DNA of 64,000 nucleotides from Candidatus Omnitrophota bacterium (GCA_028712375.1 JAQTQG010000003.1:14619-78618); one strand, 5' to 3'; counted from the stretch's first letter, positions 47,293-58,558 are shown. Program-made: numbers and translations. Notes: generated by a model not told the origin, from the sequence alone.

Positions 47293-48882
47293 TTAATTTG
47301 GTAATTTATTAAATACTTCCTCCAAGATGGCATCTGCAATATTCTGCGCTAAAAGCTTATTGCCTTTTTCCGTGCAATGGCCGAAATCTCCGGCAAACAT
47401 ATCGCTAAAATATTCATTAGAATCCGCTTTTCTCAATGCTTCTTGAAATATTTTTTCATTATCGACAAAAATAATATTATCATCTTTTTCAAATATTTTC
47501 TTTAGAGGTTCCACGCTGCGCATAGGATACTGCACACACACCAGCCTTATTCCTTTTTTATGTAATATATTTTTTAACCTGCGGTAATTTCTCACGGTAG
47601 CCGGATTATAATATTCTAGCCGCAGCCTATTTGCTTTTTGAGCATATTCTTTTGCCAATTGCGGCCGTCCGGTATTTTTATACAATAAACAGATTGCGCC
47701 GTAAGCTTTATCGTTTTGGGGGTTTAACGCTAGGGCTTTTTGGAATGCCTCTTCGGCCAGCGAAAATTCACCCTGGCTTTGATAAAGCCAGCCCAATTCC
47801 ACATAAACACCCCCGTTTTTAGGATTTATCTGTATAGATTTATTAAAAGCCTCCCTAGCCAAAGAAAATTTATTTTGCAGCCGATAAATCCACCCCAAGC
47901 CGAAATAGGCATTATCGTTTTGGGGGTTTAACGCTAGGGCTTTTTGGAATGCCTCCTCGGACAGCGAAAATTCACCCTGGCTTTGATAAAGCCAGCCTAA
48001 TTCAGTATGCGCATTATCGTTTTGGGAGTTTAACGCTAGGGCTTTTTGGAATGCCTCTTCGGCAACGGACAGCCTATTTTGATGCAGATAAATCCACCCT
48101 AACCCAAAATATGCCTTATCGTTTTGAGGGTTTAGCGCTAGGGCTTTTTGGAATGCCTCTTCGGCAACGGGTAATTCTCCCCGATCCCGATAAAACATTC
48201 CCATTTCAATATAAACCTTATCATTTTGGGGGTTTAGCGCTAGGGCTTTTTGGAATGCCTCTTCGGTTGAAACAACCTCGGCATAAGCTTCTTTTAATCT
48301 TATTCCCTGGAAATGAACTTGAATTGGCCCGGCTCTATTTTTATTATCATTAGATTTTCCACTCCGCATTTCCTGAGCCTTAGCCAAAATATGATGCCAA
48401 AGCAAGCTGGCTAATTTATAAGTTTTAAACGATCTAATAAAAGACCCTGCTTTGTAAGTATTTTTTACTCCAAAACAAACAAGCTCCCCCCAATCATTAA
48501 CCCCCATCATTACCGTGACCATGCTTGGATTATACTCAAAAATATAGGATTCGACCTTACTTAATATTGCCGATGTGTTTGTGCCCCCCACGCCTTTATC
48601 AATTACGCTAAAGTGTATTCCAATATTGCTCCGGTTCAAGGCTTCTTCCAGAAAACGGGGGTATTGCCCGCCGGTAGTAGATTCCCCCAGGCAAAGAATA
48701 CGGTAGGTACCTTTTTGTTTGATTGATTGCAGATTCCGGTATTCCTGTATAGACGACAGGATGGCTCCGCCCAAACGCAGGCCGGCTTCCAGGGCCAAGA
48801 TAAACAAAAACAGCCCGAATAATATCAGGGCTATTTTTTGTTTAAGCGGGATCCCGGGGTAAAAAGATTGATCTTTCTGCAT
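47293..48882 (-). CDS. TM-anchored SGNH/GDSL-like hydrolase with TPR repeats (paralog B, expanded near-identical TPR units)
   Basis: Same N-terminus as paralog A. Five or six EEAFQKALALNPQND… TPR units. Same C-terminal block. Confidence 0.5.
   Translation of the reverse strand: MQKDQSFYPGIPLKQKIALILFGLFLFILALEAGLRLGGAILSSIQEYRNLQSIKQKGTYRILCLGESTTGGQYPRFLEEALNRSNIGIHFSVIDKGVGGTNTSAILSKVESYIFEYNPSMVTVMMGVNDWGELVCFGVKNTYKAGSFIRSFKTYKLASLLWHHILAKAQEMRSGKSNDNKNRAGPIQVHFQGIRLKEAYAEVVSTEEAFQKALALNPQNDKVYIEMGMFYRDRGELPVAEEAFQKALALNPQNDKAYFGLGWIYLHQNRLSVAEEAFQKALALNSQNDNAHTELGWLYQSQGEFSLSEEAFQKALALNPQNDNAYFGLGWIYRLQNKFSLAREAFNKSIQINPKNGGVYVELGWLYQSQGEFSLAEEAFQKALALNPQNDKAYGAICLLYKNTGRPQLAKEYAQKANRLRLEYYNPATVRNYRRLKNILHKKGIRLVCVQYPMRSVEPLKKIFEKDDNIIFVDNEKIFQEALRKADSNEYFSDMFAGDFGHCTEKGNKLLAQNIADAILEEVFNKLPN
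47690..48300. repeat. Tandem 102-bp nucleotide repeats (~6 units) encoding near-identical TPR units
   Basis: …atcgttttgggggtttaacgctagggctttttggaatgcctcttcgg… recurs at ~47705, 47909, 48012, 48113, 48216. Confidence 0.7.
48617..48853. repeat. 237-bp perfect direct repeat, copy 2 (5' coding end of paralog B)
   Basis: Identical to 46996-47232. Confidence 0.85.
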
Positions 48883-49030
48883 AACTTAATTTAGCTATTC
48901 CGCTTATTATACAATTATAAGCAATTTAGCAGGCGGAAAGATGTAACAACAGGGGCAATCAAGAAGTTTTAATCGGAATAAATAAAACTTGGTTTTAGAG
49001 AATAGTTAAGCCCGCATAACTGAATAAACT

Positions 49031-49495
49031 TTATGCTCCGGAAAATTTTCCCAGAATAATTAAAGTAAAAACCATCACAAAAAGCGCCACGGTTTCGATA
49101 ATACCTAAAACTGCCAAATAGTTTCCGAACCCTTTACCGGTTTCCCCCATCGCGTCGCAGGCGCAAGCAGCGCATTTTCCCTGGTAATATGCCGAAAACC
49201 CGATCGCTAACCCGGCAAAAGCACCAACCCCCCAGAAATACTGCCCCTTGCTGGCTAATTCAAACATTTTAGTCATCACGATATTGCCGTAAATTGTCTG
49301 GGTTAAAGGCGCGCCCACCAAAGCTACCAATAAAAAAGAGGCGCTTTTATTTTGGGCAAAATTTTTCTTCCAAGCACCAACAGCCGCCATCCCGGCGACC
49401 CCTGCCCCGGCGGCAGAACCGCAAGCCGCTAGAGCCAAAACCAAAATTAATCCTAAGTCCTTAAATTGAGACACAACCCCTGTATCCATATTCAC
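49031..49495 (-). CDS. ntpK: V/A-type ATPase proteolipid subunit K (c-subunit, two hairpins)
   Basis: Four hydrophobic helices. GSAAGAGVAGMAAVGA / GFGNYLAVLGIIETVALFV proteolipid motifs. Confidence 0.75.
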   Translation of the reverse strand: MNMDTGVVSQFKDLGLILVLALAACGSAAGAGVAGMAAVGAWKKNFAQNKSASFLLVALVGAPLTQTIYGNIVMTKMFELASKGQYFWGVGAFAGLAIGFSAYYQGKCAACACDAMGETGKGFGNYLAVLGIIETVALFVMVFTLIILGKFSGA

Positions 49496-49500
49496 TCTCC

Positions 49501-51270
49501 TTATTCTTTCCGGCTAAAAGGTTTATAAGCAAAACCGTTCCAGGTAACGCCCAGATGCCCGCAAAACTCTAAAACATTAAGCCTTACTCCGTGCACCAAG
49601 ACGGACATCGGCCCTAAAATAATATTCAACATGTGCCCACAGATAACGATTACCCCGGCGGCAATTAATGTTACGAAATCGCCTTTTTTAATTACCCCAG
49701 CGGCCATGGCATTAAAAGCATCCGCGATGGCTACTCCGGCCAAACCTACAGCAAAAAGACGGATATAAGAAACTACGTCTGTAAAATTATTTACCAGGCT
49801 TAAAGCAATCGTCCCTAGCCCCGATCCGATGGTTTTGAATATATTTTTCTGCGGATTAGTGAAAAATAACACTAAAATCAGGCCCAGGACAATTAACTGG
49901 TTGCCAAACACGGGGAATGGCTCACTAAGAATCAAATTCTTGGCCAGAAAAAATACTGCCCAAATGATAGAAATCCAGCCAATTTCCGCCAAAGCCACCA
50001 GCGCCGGGGCGCGCAACAAAGCCCTCCAGCCGTGAGCTAAAGTTAAATGCAGCGCGCCGAGAAAAAAACAGAATTTCTGAACAAAAACCGCATTGGCTAA
50101 AACAGGCAGCAGCGGTTTAAACCCGGCTTTCAACAGCCACTCCTGGCCAAAAAATGTACCGGTTAACAACCCCCATATAATAGCGCAAAAGCTTAGGATG
50201 TAAAAGAGAAAAAAAACACTTCGGTCTTTAATTTTTTTACCTAATTTATTATCTAACCAAAAATTAAGCAATAAATAAACTAACCCGTATCCGGCATCTC
50301 CGATAAGTATCCCGAAAAAAAGGCTGAAAAAAACAATAAATAACGGGCTAATGTCAAGTTCATGATACCCCGGAACAAGCTCCAGGAGTTTTAACAACGG
50401 CTTGATAAATGAAATCCAGGCCGGATTCCGCAATAATGTAGGGACTTCATCTTCCTCTTGCGGGGCAACAGTTAAAATTCCCCAGCCTTTTTGCTTAGAC
50501 TGCGCGATCAATAGTTGCTCCGCATCAGCCGGAGCATACCCTTTGACATATACCAATTGTCCTGCCTGACCCATCCCCTGCAATGTTTCAAAAAAGTTTT
50601 TTTGATAAGTTAAAACTTCTTTTTCGGCAACCAGTTGGCCATGACAACCAAGATATTTAATCAACTGGTTTTTTAAACTTATACTTATGCCCGCATCTTC
50701 CGTCAACCTTTGGCGCATTTGAGATAAAGACATTTTGGGTAATTCCAACTCTTTGAAATTAAGCTGCTGGTTATCCCGGGAAAAAACTATGCAGTTATCG
50801 ATTCCTCCTTCTGAAAATATCTTTCTTACTACAACATCCTGCCCGATTTCTTTTAACTGTTCCCGGGGGATCTGATAAAGCCGGGCAGAAATATTGTTCT
50901 GAGCCAATTGCCTTATTTCTTGAGGATCAAAATCTCCCCAGAGGCTCCACTGATCGATCCAGGCATGTAAGGTAACCGCGTACTCCTTAAGTTGCTCTAA
51001 TCTTTTCTGTAAATCAACAATGTGGCGGCAAGCAACAATTAGATCTTTAGGCCGCACGGAATCAGGAACAACTCCCTGATCAATGGAAGATAAAATTAAA
51101 ATGGCCTGCTCAAACAAAGATATTTGTTCGTTGAGCGTATTAATCTGTTCTCCGCTGGGAGGATTTTGATGCTCAACATGCAATAACCCTAAAGAAGCCA
51201 AATCCTCCAAAGCAGACTGGGCATGCTCTTTTTGCAGTAAGAGAAAAACTTTTCTCATTTGAACAATCAT
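49501..51270 (-). CDS. ntpI: V/A-type ATPase subunit I (a-subunit)
   Basis: ~300-aa cytoplasmic N-terminal coiled-coil region then ~7 TM helices. Position in operon. Confidence 0.7.
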   Translation of the reverse strand: MIVQMRKVFLLLQKEHAQSALEDLASLGLLHVEHQNPPSGEQINTLNEQISLFEQAILILSSIDQGVVPDSVRPKDLIVACRHIVDLQKRLEQLKEYAVTLHAWIDQWSLWGDFDPQEIRQLAQNNISARLYQIPREQLKEIGQDVVVRKIFSEGGIDNCIVFSRDNQQLNFKELELPKMSLSQMRQRLTEDAGISISLKNQLIKYLGCHGQLVAEKEVLTYQKNFFETLQGMGQAGQLVYVKGYAPADAEQLLIAQSKQKGWGILTVAPQEEDEVPTLLRNPAWISFIKPLLKLLELVPGYHELDISPLFIVFFSLFFGILIGDAGYGLVYLLLNFWLDNKLGKKIKDRSVFFLFYILSFCAIIWGLLTGTFFGQEWLLKAGFKPLLPVLANAVFVQKFCFFLGALHLTLAHGWRALLRAPALVALAEIGWISIIWAVFFLAKNLILSEPFPVFGNQLIVLGLILVLFFTNPQKNIFKTIGSGLGTIALSLVNNFTDVVSYIRLFAVGLAGVAIADAFNAMAAGVIKKGDFVTLIAAGVIVICGHMLNIILGPMSVLVHGVRLNVLEFCGHLGVTWNGFAYKPFSRKE

Positions 51271-51884
51271 GCTGCTGCCTCTTCTAAAATTAGTTCCTCG
51301 ATTTTTCTTTTGGCAATTTTACTGCGCCCCACCGCATTAGCCATTTGATCACCGATATAAATCTTAATTAACCGGATATTTTCCTGTGCCTGCGGAATCT
51401 TCACTTTTTCAAAAAGATTTACTCTTTGCGTAGTAACCCGCAGTTCCTGGCGCAAAATATCTATGCCCTCCTGGCGCAGAGAAATCTCTTTTTTTAATAC
51501 AATTACTTCTCTGAGCGCCTGGATCGCCGCATCTATCCATAAAGGCGTCAAGAATAAATCATAATCTTTCTCTATAAACTCCAGTCCGTCAAACACGGGG
51601 ATATCCACACCGGCGATATTTTTCTGATGGGTAATTGTTTTGGCGGGCTGAATAAACGGCCGGATATCCGCCTGCGGCTCCGCTAATAAACCAGCCCATA
51701 AATAGGCGGCCTGCCTTTTTTTAATTGCAGTTTGTTGCAGGTCTTGGAGAAAGGTATGCTGCTGCAAAATCTCAAGCTGAAGCTGTTGTTTCTTTAATTG
51801 TAAGGTGGGTAGATAACGTTGAAATTGCTTTAAAGCATCCCGCTGCCTTTTTAATTCACCCTTAGTAAGCTTAATTTTAGCCAT
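51267..51884 (-). CDS. ntpD: V/A-type ATPase subunit D
   Basis: MAKIKLTKGELKRQRDALKQFQRYLPTLQLKKQQLQ, typical D-subunit N-terminus. Confidence 0.75.
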   Translation of the reverse strand: MAKIKLTKGELKRQRDALKQFQRYLPTLQLKKQQLQLEILQQHTFLQDLQQTAIKKRQAAYLWAGLLAEPQADIRPFIQPAKTITHQKNIAGVDIPVFDGLEFIEKDYDLFLTPLWIDAAIQALREVIVLKKEISLRQEGIDILRQELRVTTQRVNLFEKVKIPQAQENIRLIKIYIGDQMANAVGRSKIAKRKIEELILEEAAA

Positions 51885-51924
51885 AACATTTACAATAATA
51901 ACTTCTATTTAGTTTACAGACTGC

Positions 51925-53223
51925 TTACTGATTTTTCGGCCAAAACTTCTGAATAATAGAAAGTTTGATCCCTGTCTCTTCGGGGGTAAAACAATTCGCT
52001 AAAATCTGCCAACCCAAATCCAGGGCTTTTTCCAGGGGAATATTTACTTTAAGCGACATCATATTTTCTTCAAACAGTAGACCATACTTAAGTAATTTCT
52101 CATCCCAGGGGCTCATTTGAAATCCCATGGATTGTTTTTCCAGGGTTTCGCGGTAACTGGCGAAAAGTTGGATCATCGTATCCATAATTGTACGGTGATC
52201 AGGCCGGGTTTGGCCGTTGACCTGCTGTTTTAAACGGCTTAAAGACCCAAAAGGCTCAATCACCCCGCCTTTTAAATAAAATTGGCCTTCAGTAATGTAG
52301 CCGGTATTATCCGGGACAGGATGTGTTACATCGTCTCCGGGCATAGTTGTAGCCGAAAGAATGGTAATGGATCCGGCACCTTCAAAATCCACCGCCTTTT
52401 CATACCGGGCAGCCAGCTGGCTGTACAGATCGCCCGGATACCCGCGGTTAGAAGGAACCTGTTCCATAGTAATAGCTATCTCTTTTAAAGAATCCGCAAA
52501 ATTAGTCATATCCGTCAACAAAACTAATACTCGCTTGCCTTTCAAGGCAAAATCTTCGGCTACCGCCAGGCTGATGTCTGGCACTAATAAACATTCTACG
52601 GTAGGATCCGAAGCGGTGTGGATAAAGAATACACAGCGGGAAAGCGCCCCGTGCGCATTTAATGTCTCCCGAAAAAAAAGATAGTCATCATGTTTTAACC
52701 CCATACCACCGACGATGATTATATCCACTTCCGCCTGAATAGCAATGCGCGCCAGAAGTTCATTGTAAGGCTCCCCGGCAATGGAAAAAACCGGTAGCTT
52801 CTGCGATTCCACCAATGAATTAAAAACATCAATCATCGGAATACCGGTACGGATAATTTTATTTGGAACAATCCTTTTTACCGGATTTACCGAAGGAGCG
52901 CCAATATCAATAAACCCTTCGGTAAGCAGGGGGCCGCGGTCCAAAGGCACCCCACTGCCATTAAAGATACGCCCCAACAGGTTTTCTCCGGTAGCAATCC
53001 GCATAGGATGCCCTAAAAACCTCACCTTATCATTTGTAGTAATCCCGCGGGTCCCGGCAAAAACCTGTAAAGATATCTTCTTAGAATCAATGCGGATTAC
53101 CTGAGCCAAAGATACGCCGCGGCGGGTAGTTATCTGGGCGATATCTAAATAACCTACCCCTTCGGCTTCCACCGTAATTACGTCCCCGGCGATTTGAATA
53201 ATGTTCGTATAGGCCTTTTGCAT
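51925..53223 (-). CDS. ntpB: V/A-type ATPase subunit B
   Basis: [42 protein letters not shown]. No canonical P-loop, as expected for the B subunit. Confidence 0.8.
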   Translation of the reverse strand: MQKAYTNIIQIAGDVITVEAEGVGYLDIAQITTRRGVSLAQVIRIDSKKISLQVFAGTRGITTNDKVRFLGHPMRIATGENLLGRIFNGSGVPLDRGPLLTEGFIDIGAPSVNPVKRIVPNKIIRTGIPMIDVFNSLVESQKLPVFSIAGEPYNELLARIAIQAEVDIIIVGGMGLKHDDYLFFRETLNAHGALSRCVFFIHTASDPTVECLLVPDISLAVAEDFALKGKRVLVLLTDMTNFADSLKEIAITMEQVPSNRGYPGDLYSQLAARYEKAVDFEGAGSITILSATTMPGDDVTHPVPDNTGYITEGQFYLKGGVIEPFGSLSRLKQQVNGQTRPDHRTIMDTMIQLFASYRETLEKQSMGFQMSPWDEKLLKYGLLFEENMMSLKVNIPLEKALDLGWQILANCFTPEETGIKLSIIQKFWPKNQ

Positions 53224-53224
53224 T

Positions 53225-54967
53225 TTATTTGCTTTCCTTTATCTCTTTTGCGGATAAAAACATTTTAATTTCGGCTTCAGAATTCTTAAACTCCGGGCTG
53301 TTATATTCCATAGAATTCCAAGTACGCATAAGCTGGCGCAACCCCTGAAAAAAGTGTAAAGCGGCGGCCTTATCTGCCAGATTATATTTTGTATCCAGCA
53401 TTAAACCAATAAATTCCAATAGATAGAGCTGTCTTTCTTTAGAAGTCGCTTCATCCACAATATCAAAAGCATTCTGCTGTAAATAAACAAAATCAAAAAA
53501 CTCACCCTTAAGATATTCGATATAGTCTTTGAGCGAAGTCCCCTCTTCACCGATGACTTTCATCATTTGGGCAATTTCGTTGCTGCGGACTAAAATAGCA
53601 TGGCATTTTTCTTTAACCTCGGGATTAACAAATCCAGCGTATTTACTCCAGCTGATTAATGGATCAATTGCCGGGTATTTTCTGGCATCGGAACGTTCAC
53701 GCGAAAGGCCGTGAAAAGCACCCACAACTTTCAAAGTCGCCTGAGTCACCGGTTCTTCAAAGTTTCCTCCGGCCGGACTCACCGTCCCGCCAATCGTTAC
53801 TGAACCGGTTACGCCTGCACGCAATTTAACTACCCCGGCCCGCTCATAAAAAGAAGCAATCCGGGATTCTAAATATGCCGGGAAGGCTTCTTCGCCGGGA
53901 ATTTCTTCAAGGCGGCCGCTCATTTCGCGCATCGCCTGCGCCCAGCGGGAAGTTGAATCTGCCAATAATAAAACATTTAAACCCATCTGGCGGTAATATT
54001 CGGCAATGGTTACTGCCGTGTACACGCTGGATTCACGGGCAGCCACCGGCATCGAGCTGGTATTGCAAATAATTACCGTGCGGTCCATTAAAGGCTTCTG
54101 CGTACGCGGATCCAATAATTCAGGAAAAGTCTTTAATGTTTCCACAACTTCTCCGGCACGCTCTCCGCAGGCAGCAATAATTACAATATCTACCTCCGCG
54201 TGCCGGCTGGTTAATTGTTGTAAAACGGTTTTCCCTGCCCCGAATGGCCCGGGAATACAATAAGTTCCACCCCGGTTAATCGGAAACAGTGAATCAATCA
54301 GGCGCATTTTGGTAACCAATGGTTCAGTCGGCCTTAATTTTTCCACATAGGCACCAATCGGTATCTTTACCGGCCAAATCTGCTGCAAAAATACATTATG
54401 TAATCCGCCGTTACCATCTCTAAGCTGGGCAACTGCTTGTTTTAAATTATATTTGCCGGCGGAAGCGATACTAACCACCTCCAGGCTGCCATTAAGCATA
54501 AACGGGGCCATAATATAATGTTTAAATATTTTTTCCGGGACAAAGCCCAGCCAGCTGCCGGCTAAAACCTTATCCCCTTCCTTGACCAGGGGCGTAAAAT
54601 CCCAAAGCGCTTCATCGGGCAAAGCTTCCAGATATACACCCCGCTTAAGAAAAAATCCACACTCTTTAGCTAATGCCGGAAGGGGATTTTGCAAGCCATC
54701 AAAAATTTGCCCTAATAAACCAGGCCCCAGCTCTACGCTCAGGAGTTCATTGCTAAACTCTACAACCTCTCCCTCTTTTAAACCCTGAGTACTTTCATAA
54801 ACCTGCATCTCCGCCTGATTTTGGCGTACGCGGATAACTTCCGCTTTCAGACGCTCAACTCCGTGGACGATGTAAGCAACTTCATTTTGGATAATCTGCC
54901 CGTCAATTTGAGCAGTCACCATGTTAGCATTAACCTTAATTACTTTTCCAATTCTTAATTTTTCCAT
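53225..54967 (-). CDS. ntpA: V/A-type ATPase catalytic subunit A
   Basis: [14 protein letters not shown] (A-subunit Walker A). 580 aa. Confidence 0.85.
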   Translation of the reverse strand: MEKLRIGKVIKVNANMVTAQIDGQIIQNEVAYIVHGVERLKAEVIRVRQNQAEMQVYESTQGLKEGEVVEFSNELLSVELGPGLLGQIFDGLQNPLPALAKECGFFLKRGVYLEALPDEALWDFTPLVKEGDKVLAGSWLGFVPEKIFKHYIMAPFMLNGSLEVVSIASAGKYNLKQAVAQLRDGNGGLHNVFLQQIWPVKIPIGAYVEKLRPTEPLVTKMRLIDSLFPINRGGTYCIPGPFGAGKTVLQQLTSRHAEVDIVIIAACGERAGEVVETLKTFPELLDPRTQKPLMDRTVIICNTSSMPVAARESSVYTAVTIAEYYRQMGLNVLLLADSTSRWAQAMREMSGRLEEIPGEEAFPAYLESRIASFYERAGVVKLRAGVTGSVTIGGTVSPAGGNFEEPVTQATLKVVGAFHGLSRERSDARKYPAIDPLISWSKYAGFVNPEVKEKCHAILVRSNEIAQMMKVIGEEGTSLKDYIEYLKGEFFDFVYLQQNAFDIVDEATSKERQLYLLEFIGLMLDTKYNLADKAAALHFFQGLRQLMRTWNSMEYNSPEFKNSEAEIKMFLSAKEIKESK

Positions 54968-54981
54968 AATAAATTAGTTTT

Positions 54982-55506
54982 TTAAACTACCGTATTTAAT
55001 AATAACTCTTTATCCGCACTTTGTATTTTATCCCAGCGCTCCAGAATCTTAAGTTTTAACCCGTAAACTAACAAATACTCAAAATCAAAATAGTGGCCAA
55101 GAATTAGGCCGTCTAAAAAATTCCATCTGGCCTGATCCAAAATTTTCTCCGATTCCAGGATGGAAACGCTGCGGTAAGCAGCCATCGCTACATGCACAAT
55201 CTGTGCCTGCGGCGAATCCGGAAGGCGCAGGAATTTTGATGGATCGATTTTTTTACGGCTGGCCCTGGCGCGTACCAATTCATTCCTCAGGGTTACCTCA
55301 AAATCAGCCCATTGTTTTAAACTACTGCTGCTGTGGCCGCCCAAAGAATAGCTTTCCTGATCAACGGCTGCATACAATATTTCAAAATCATTCTCTGGTA
55401 TTAAATTTTTGCATTTAGCAAAAAAATCCTTCAGGCTAAATGGCGGCCGGGAAAAAATATTCAATCCCGGCAAACTAGAAATTAAATACGTATAATAAGC
55501 AGCCAT
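54982..55506 (-). CDS. DUF2764-like protein embedded in the V-ATPase operon
   Basis: Position between the E and A subunit genes, as in chlamydial operons. No catalytic motif. Confidence 0.4.
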   Translation of the reverse strand: MAAYYTYLISSLPGLNIFSRPPFSLKDFFAKCKNLIPENDFEILYAAVDQESYSLGGHSSSSLKQWADFEVTLRNELVRARASRKKIDPSKFLRLPDSPQAQIVHVAMAAYRSVSILESEKILDQARWNFLDGLILGHYFDFEYLLVYGLKLKILERWDKIQSADKELLLNTVV

Positions 55507-56118
55507 TTATTCGGATTTTAAAACTCCTTCAAGTTCCGGCCGCAGGCAGCTCAAGATATACTCGCTTAAAGACTGGCTGCTAAAATCAAAAATAGATTTT
55601 CCGGCATCGAAACTAATAATAAACCCGCTAGCAATTCCATCTGCGGACTTTAAAACAACTGTTTTCTTTGTTTGTTCGGCCAATTGTTTTAAGAACCCCT
55701 GCCCGAGCCTATCTTTATCCTCCTGCTTTAAAAACACGATAACCTGCGAACCCAAAGAAAGCGGAGCATTTTTTATTAATGCCGCAATAATTCCCGATAG
55801 CTCCTCTGCAGTCAAAGCCTGCCGCAGATCCAATTTAATCAGCCGGTCCAACATCGCAAGAATTTCCTGCCTAAGGCTAATTAACAGATCCCTGCCTGCC
55901 TGTTTTAGCGCTGCCCGGGTAGAATCGTTGGTTTTTTTTGCCTGGCTGTCTGCCTGTTCAATAATTTTTTGGGCTTGAATTTTTGCTTCTGAAATTATTT
56001 TCATTGCCGCATGTTCGGCTTCTGTTTTTATCTGTGCTGCTTGCGCTTGAGCAGCATCTACGCCTTCCTGTTGAATTTTAGCAATTAAATCCTTAATCTC
56101 CTGAGCCATATGAAACAC
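55507..56118 (-). CDS. ntpE: V/A-type ATPase subunit E
   Basis: N-terminal long amphipathic helix (QEIKDLIAKIQQEGVDAAQAQAAQIKTEAEHAA…). Operon position. Confidence 0.65.
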   Translation of the reverse strand: MFHMAQEIKDLIAKIQQEGVDAAQAQAAQIKTEAEHAAMKIISEAKIQAQKIIEQADSQAKKTNDSTRAALKQAGRDLLISLRQEILAMLDRLIKLDLRQALTAEELSGIIAALIKNAPLSLGSQVIVFLKQEDKDRLGQGFLKQLAEQTKKTVVLKSADGIASGFIISFDAGKSIFDFSSQSLSEYILSCLRPELEGVLKSE

Positions 56119-56169
56119 CCCCTAAAATTCTTATTTAGTAATGCCCCCGTCAGGCAGGTTGTTGTGTAA

Positions 56170-56865
56170 TTATCTGCGAAAACGGGATAGTTCTCCTAAC
56201 AGTTCTTCTGCCTGCAGCAGCGGGTCAACCGCCTTTAAAATCGGCCGCCCGATCACTAAAAAATCACTTCCGGCCTTAATCGCCTGGCTAACCGTAGCGA
56301 CTCTTTTCTGGTCGTCTTTACTGGATTTGACCGGGCGGATACCCGGAGTAATGATAAAAAAACTATTCTTTATTTTACGCCGCAAAACTACTGCTTCGTG
56401 CACCGAACAAACCACTCCGTCTAGCCCGCAGGAAATCCCTTGTTTTGCTAAATTGAGAACTTCTTGGGGCTTGGCCTTACAACTGGTCAGAACAGTCACT
56501 CCGATCAATAAAGGCCGGGGAATATGCAGCATCTCAGACTGCCGGGCTGCCGACTCTACCGCCGCTTTTAACATTTCCGGGCCTCCGGAAATATGCAAAG
56601 TAAGTATTTTTACTTTCAGCTTTACCGCTGCGGCTACTGCATTGGCTACGGTATTGGGAATATCAAAATATTTAAGATCTAAAAATATTTCTGCGCCTTT
56701 TGCATGTAATAGCTCAATAATCTTAGGGCCATAAGCAGTAAACAAATGGCTTCCCACCTTAAAGATTTTTATTTTGGGATAAAGTTTATCTACAAAAATT
56801 CCGGCCTCTTCTATTGTATCCACATCCAAAGCCAATATAAATTCGGGGTTGCTTAATCTTTGCAT
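56170..56865 (-). CDS. pyrF: Orotidine 5'-phosphate decarboxylase
   Basis: ILALDVDT…, FKVGSHLF, IFLDLKYFDIPNTV. Confidence 0.85.
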   Translation of the reverse strand: MQRLSNPEFILALDVDTIEEAGIFVDKLYPKIKIFKVGSHLFTAYGPKIIELLHAKGAEIFLDLKYFDIPNTVANAVAAAVKLKVKILTLHISGGPEMLKAAVESAARQSEMLHIPRPLLIGVTVLTSCKAKPQEVLNLAKQGISCGLDGVVCSVHEAVVLRRKIKNSFFIITPGIRPVKSSKDDQKRVATVSQAIKAGSDFLVIGRPILKAVDPLLQAEELLGELSRFRR

Positions 56866-57788
56866 GCTTTCAGTTTCCCGGTAAGCTGGTTTAAATTCTG
56901 CATATTATTACTCATCAGGTACTGCTGCAACTCGGCAATAATCTGCAGGCTGGATTGGGGATTAATAAAATTCGCCGTCCCCACACTGATTGCCGTAGCC
57001 CCGGCAATAAAAAATTCCAGCGCGCTATCAATGTCCATTATACCACCCATCCCAATTATGGGAATCTTAATCTTATTATACGCCTCCCAAATCATTTTTA
57101 CCGCAACCGGACGGATTGCCGGGCCGCTTAATCCCCCCACCCAGGCACCTAATTTAGGAACGCGCTTCTTTACATCTATACTCATACCGCCAAGCGTATT
57201 AATTAAAGACACCGCATCTGCTCCGGCACTTTCAGCTGCCAAGGCTATCTCGGAGATAGAAGTCACATTGGGCGATAACTTAACAATTAAACATTTATCT
57301 GTAAGCTTGCGCGCTGCGCTCACTGCTTCCAGGGTGGCCTGGGAATCCTGAGAAATTAATCTTTTCTTTTGCAGGTTGGGACAGGAGATGTTTAATTCTA
57401 TTGCGGAGACCTCACGCACCGGCTCCAACTGTTTAATTAAAACTTCGAATTCATCCGGAGTTTCTTCTGCGGCAATACTCACAACCACCGGAACACCTAA
57501 TTTCTTAAGAAAAGAAAACTTTTTCTGAAGGAATTTATTTATGCCGGGGTTTTCCAGGCCGATAGAATTAAGCATGCCGGCCGGAGTCTCACAAGTACGC
57601 GGAGCAATGTTCCCTTGGCGCGGGCGGACAGTAATCGTTTTAGTAACAATCGCCCCCAGCTTTTTTAAATCCAATAAACTCTTAAACTCCTCGGCATAAC
57701 CGAATGTGCCGGAAGCAACCATTACCGGATTTTTTAGCTCCAGGCTGCCTATTTTTACATTTAAATTCGGCTTTTTCTTCTTTACCAT
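56853..57788 (-). CDS. pyrD: Dihydroorotate dehydrogenase catalytic subunit (class 1B)
   Basis: LELKNPVMVASGTFGY, IKIPIIGMGGI. Confidence 0.85.
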   Translation of the reverse strand: MVKKKKPNLNVKIGSLELKNPVMVASGTFGYAEEFKSLLDLKKLGAIVTKTITVRPRQGNIAPRTCETPAGMLNSIGLENPGINKFLQKKFSFLKKLGVPVVVSIAAEETPDEFEVLIKQLEPVREVSAIELNISCPNLQKKRLISQDSQATLEAVSAARKLTDKCLIVKLSPNVTSISEIALAAESAGADAVSLINTLGGMSIDVKKRVPKLGAWVGGLSGPAIRPVAVKMIWEAYNKIKIPIIGMGGIMDIDSALEFFIAGATAISVGTANFINPQSSLQIIAELQQYLMSNNMQNLNQLTGKLKACKD

Positions 57789-58558
57789 GCCAATTCCTCG
57801 CTGCCAAAAACCGGGCCGTCTTTACAAACACTCTTATAACCGGTTTTAGTTAGAATTTCACAACCCAGGCATGCTCCCACCCCGCAAGCCATATGCGCCT
57901 CCAAAGAAAGCTGAGCCGGAATTTTATTTTCACAGGCAATCCGAGCAACAGCCTTGAGCATCGGCTGCGGTCCGCAAGAAAATAAAGATCCGGGCTTAAC
58001 CTGCCCCAGGACAATATTTAATAAATCCGTTACTCTTCCTTTAAACCCTGCCGAGCCATCATCGGTCGCTATTTTTATCGCGCATCCCAAAGCCTTAAAC
58101 TCCTGCAGACAAAGAATTTGTTTCTTAGTCGCCGCTCCAATCAAAACTAACGGTTTACTTAATTTTAATTTTTCCGCTAAAAAAACCAGCGGTGCTACCC
58201 CCATGCCTCCGGCTACTATAATATTTTTATGCTGGCCGGACTTATCCGGGCGCAAACAATCAAAACCGTGCCCCAGCGGGCCAATAATATCCAAAAATTC
58301 TCCCGGTCTTCTTTGCGATAAAATCTGCGTACCTTTGCCGATAATCTCATAAATAATTTTCACTTTTGAACCGCTTACTCCGTGTATGCTAATCGGCCTT
58401 CTCAATAAAGGGTCCCAGGTATTATTGACCTTGATATTCACAAACTGGCCCGGTTGTGCCTGTTGAGCAATGACGGTAGATTCAAATTCCAAATGCCCAT
58501 AATTACCGTTGCGCCTTTGGTTAGAAATTATCCTGGCTTTTATCTGTTTTGCTTTCAT
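57782..58558 (-). CDS. pyrK: Dihydroorotate dehydrogenase electron-transfer subunit
   Basis: FAD/NAD-binding fold plus C-terminal MACGVGACLGCE [2Fe-2S] motif. Confidence 0.8.
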   Translation of the reverse strand: MKAKQIKARIISNQRRNGNYGHLEFESTVIAQQAQPGQFVNIKVNNTWDPLLRRPISIHGVSGSKVKIIYEIIGKGTQILSQRRPGEFLDIIGPLGHGFDCLRPDKSGQHKNIIVAGGMGVAPLVFLAEKLKLSKPLVLIGAATKKQILCLQEFKALGCAIKIATDDGSAGFKGRVTDLLNIVLGQVKPGSLFSCGPQPMLKAVARIACENKIPAQLSLEAHMACGVGACLGCEILTKTGYKSVCKDGPVFGSEELAW

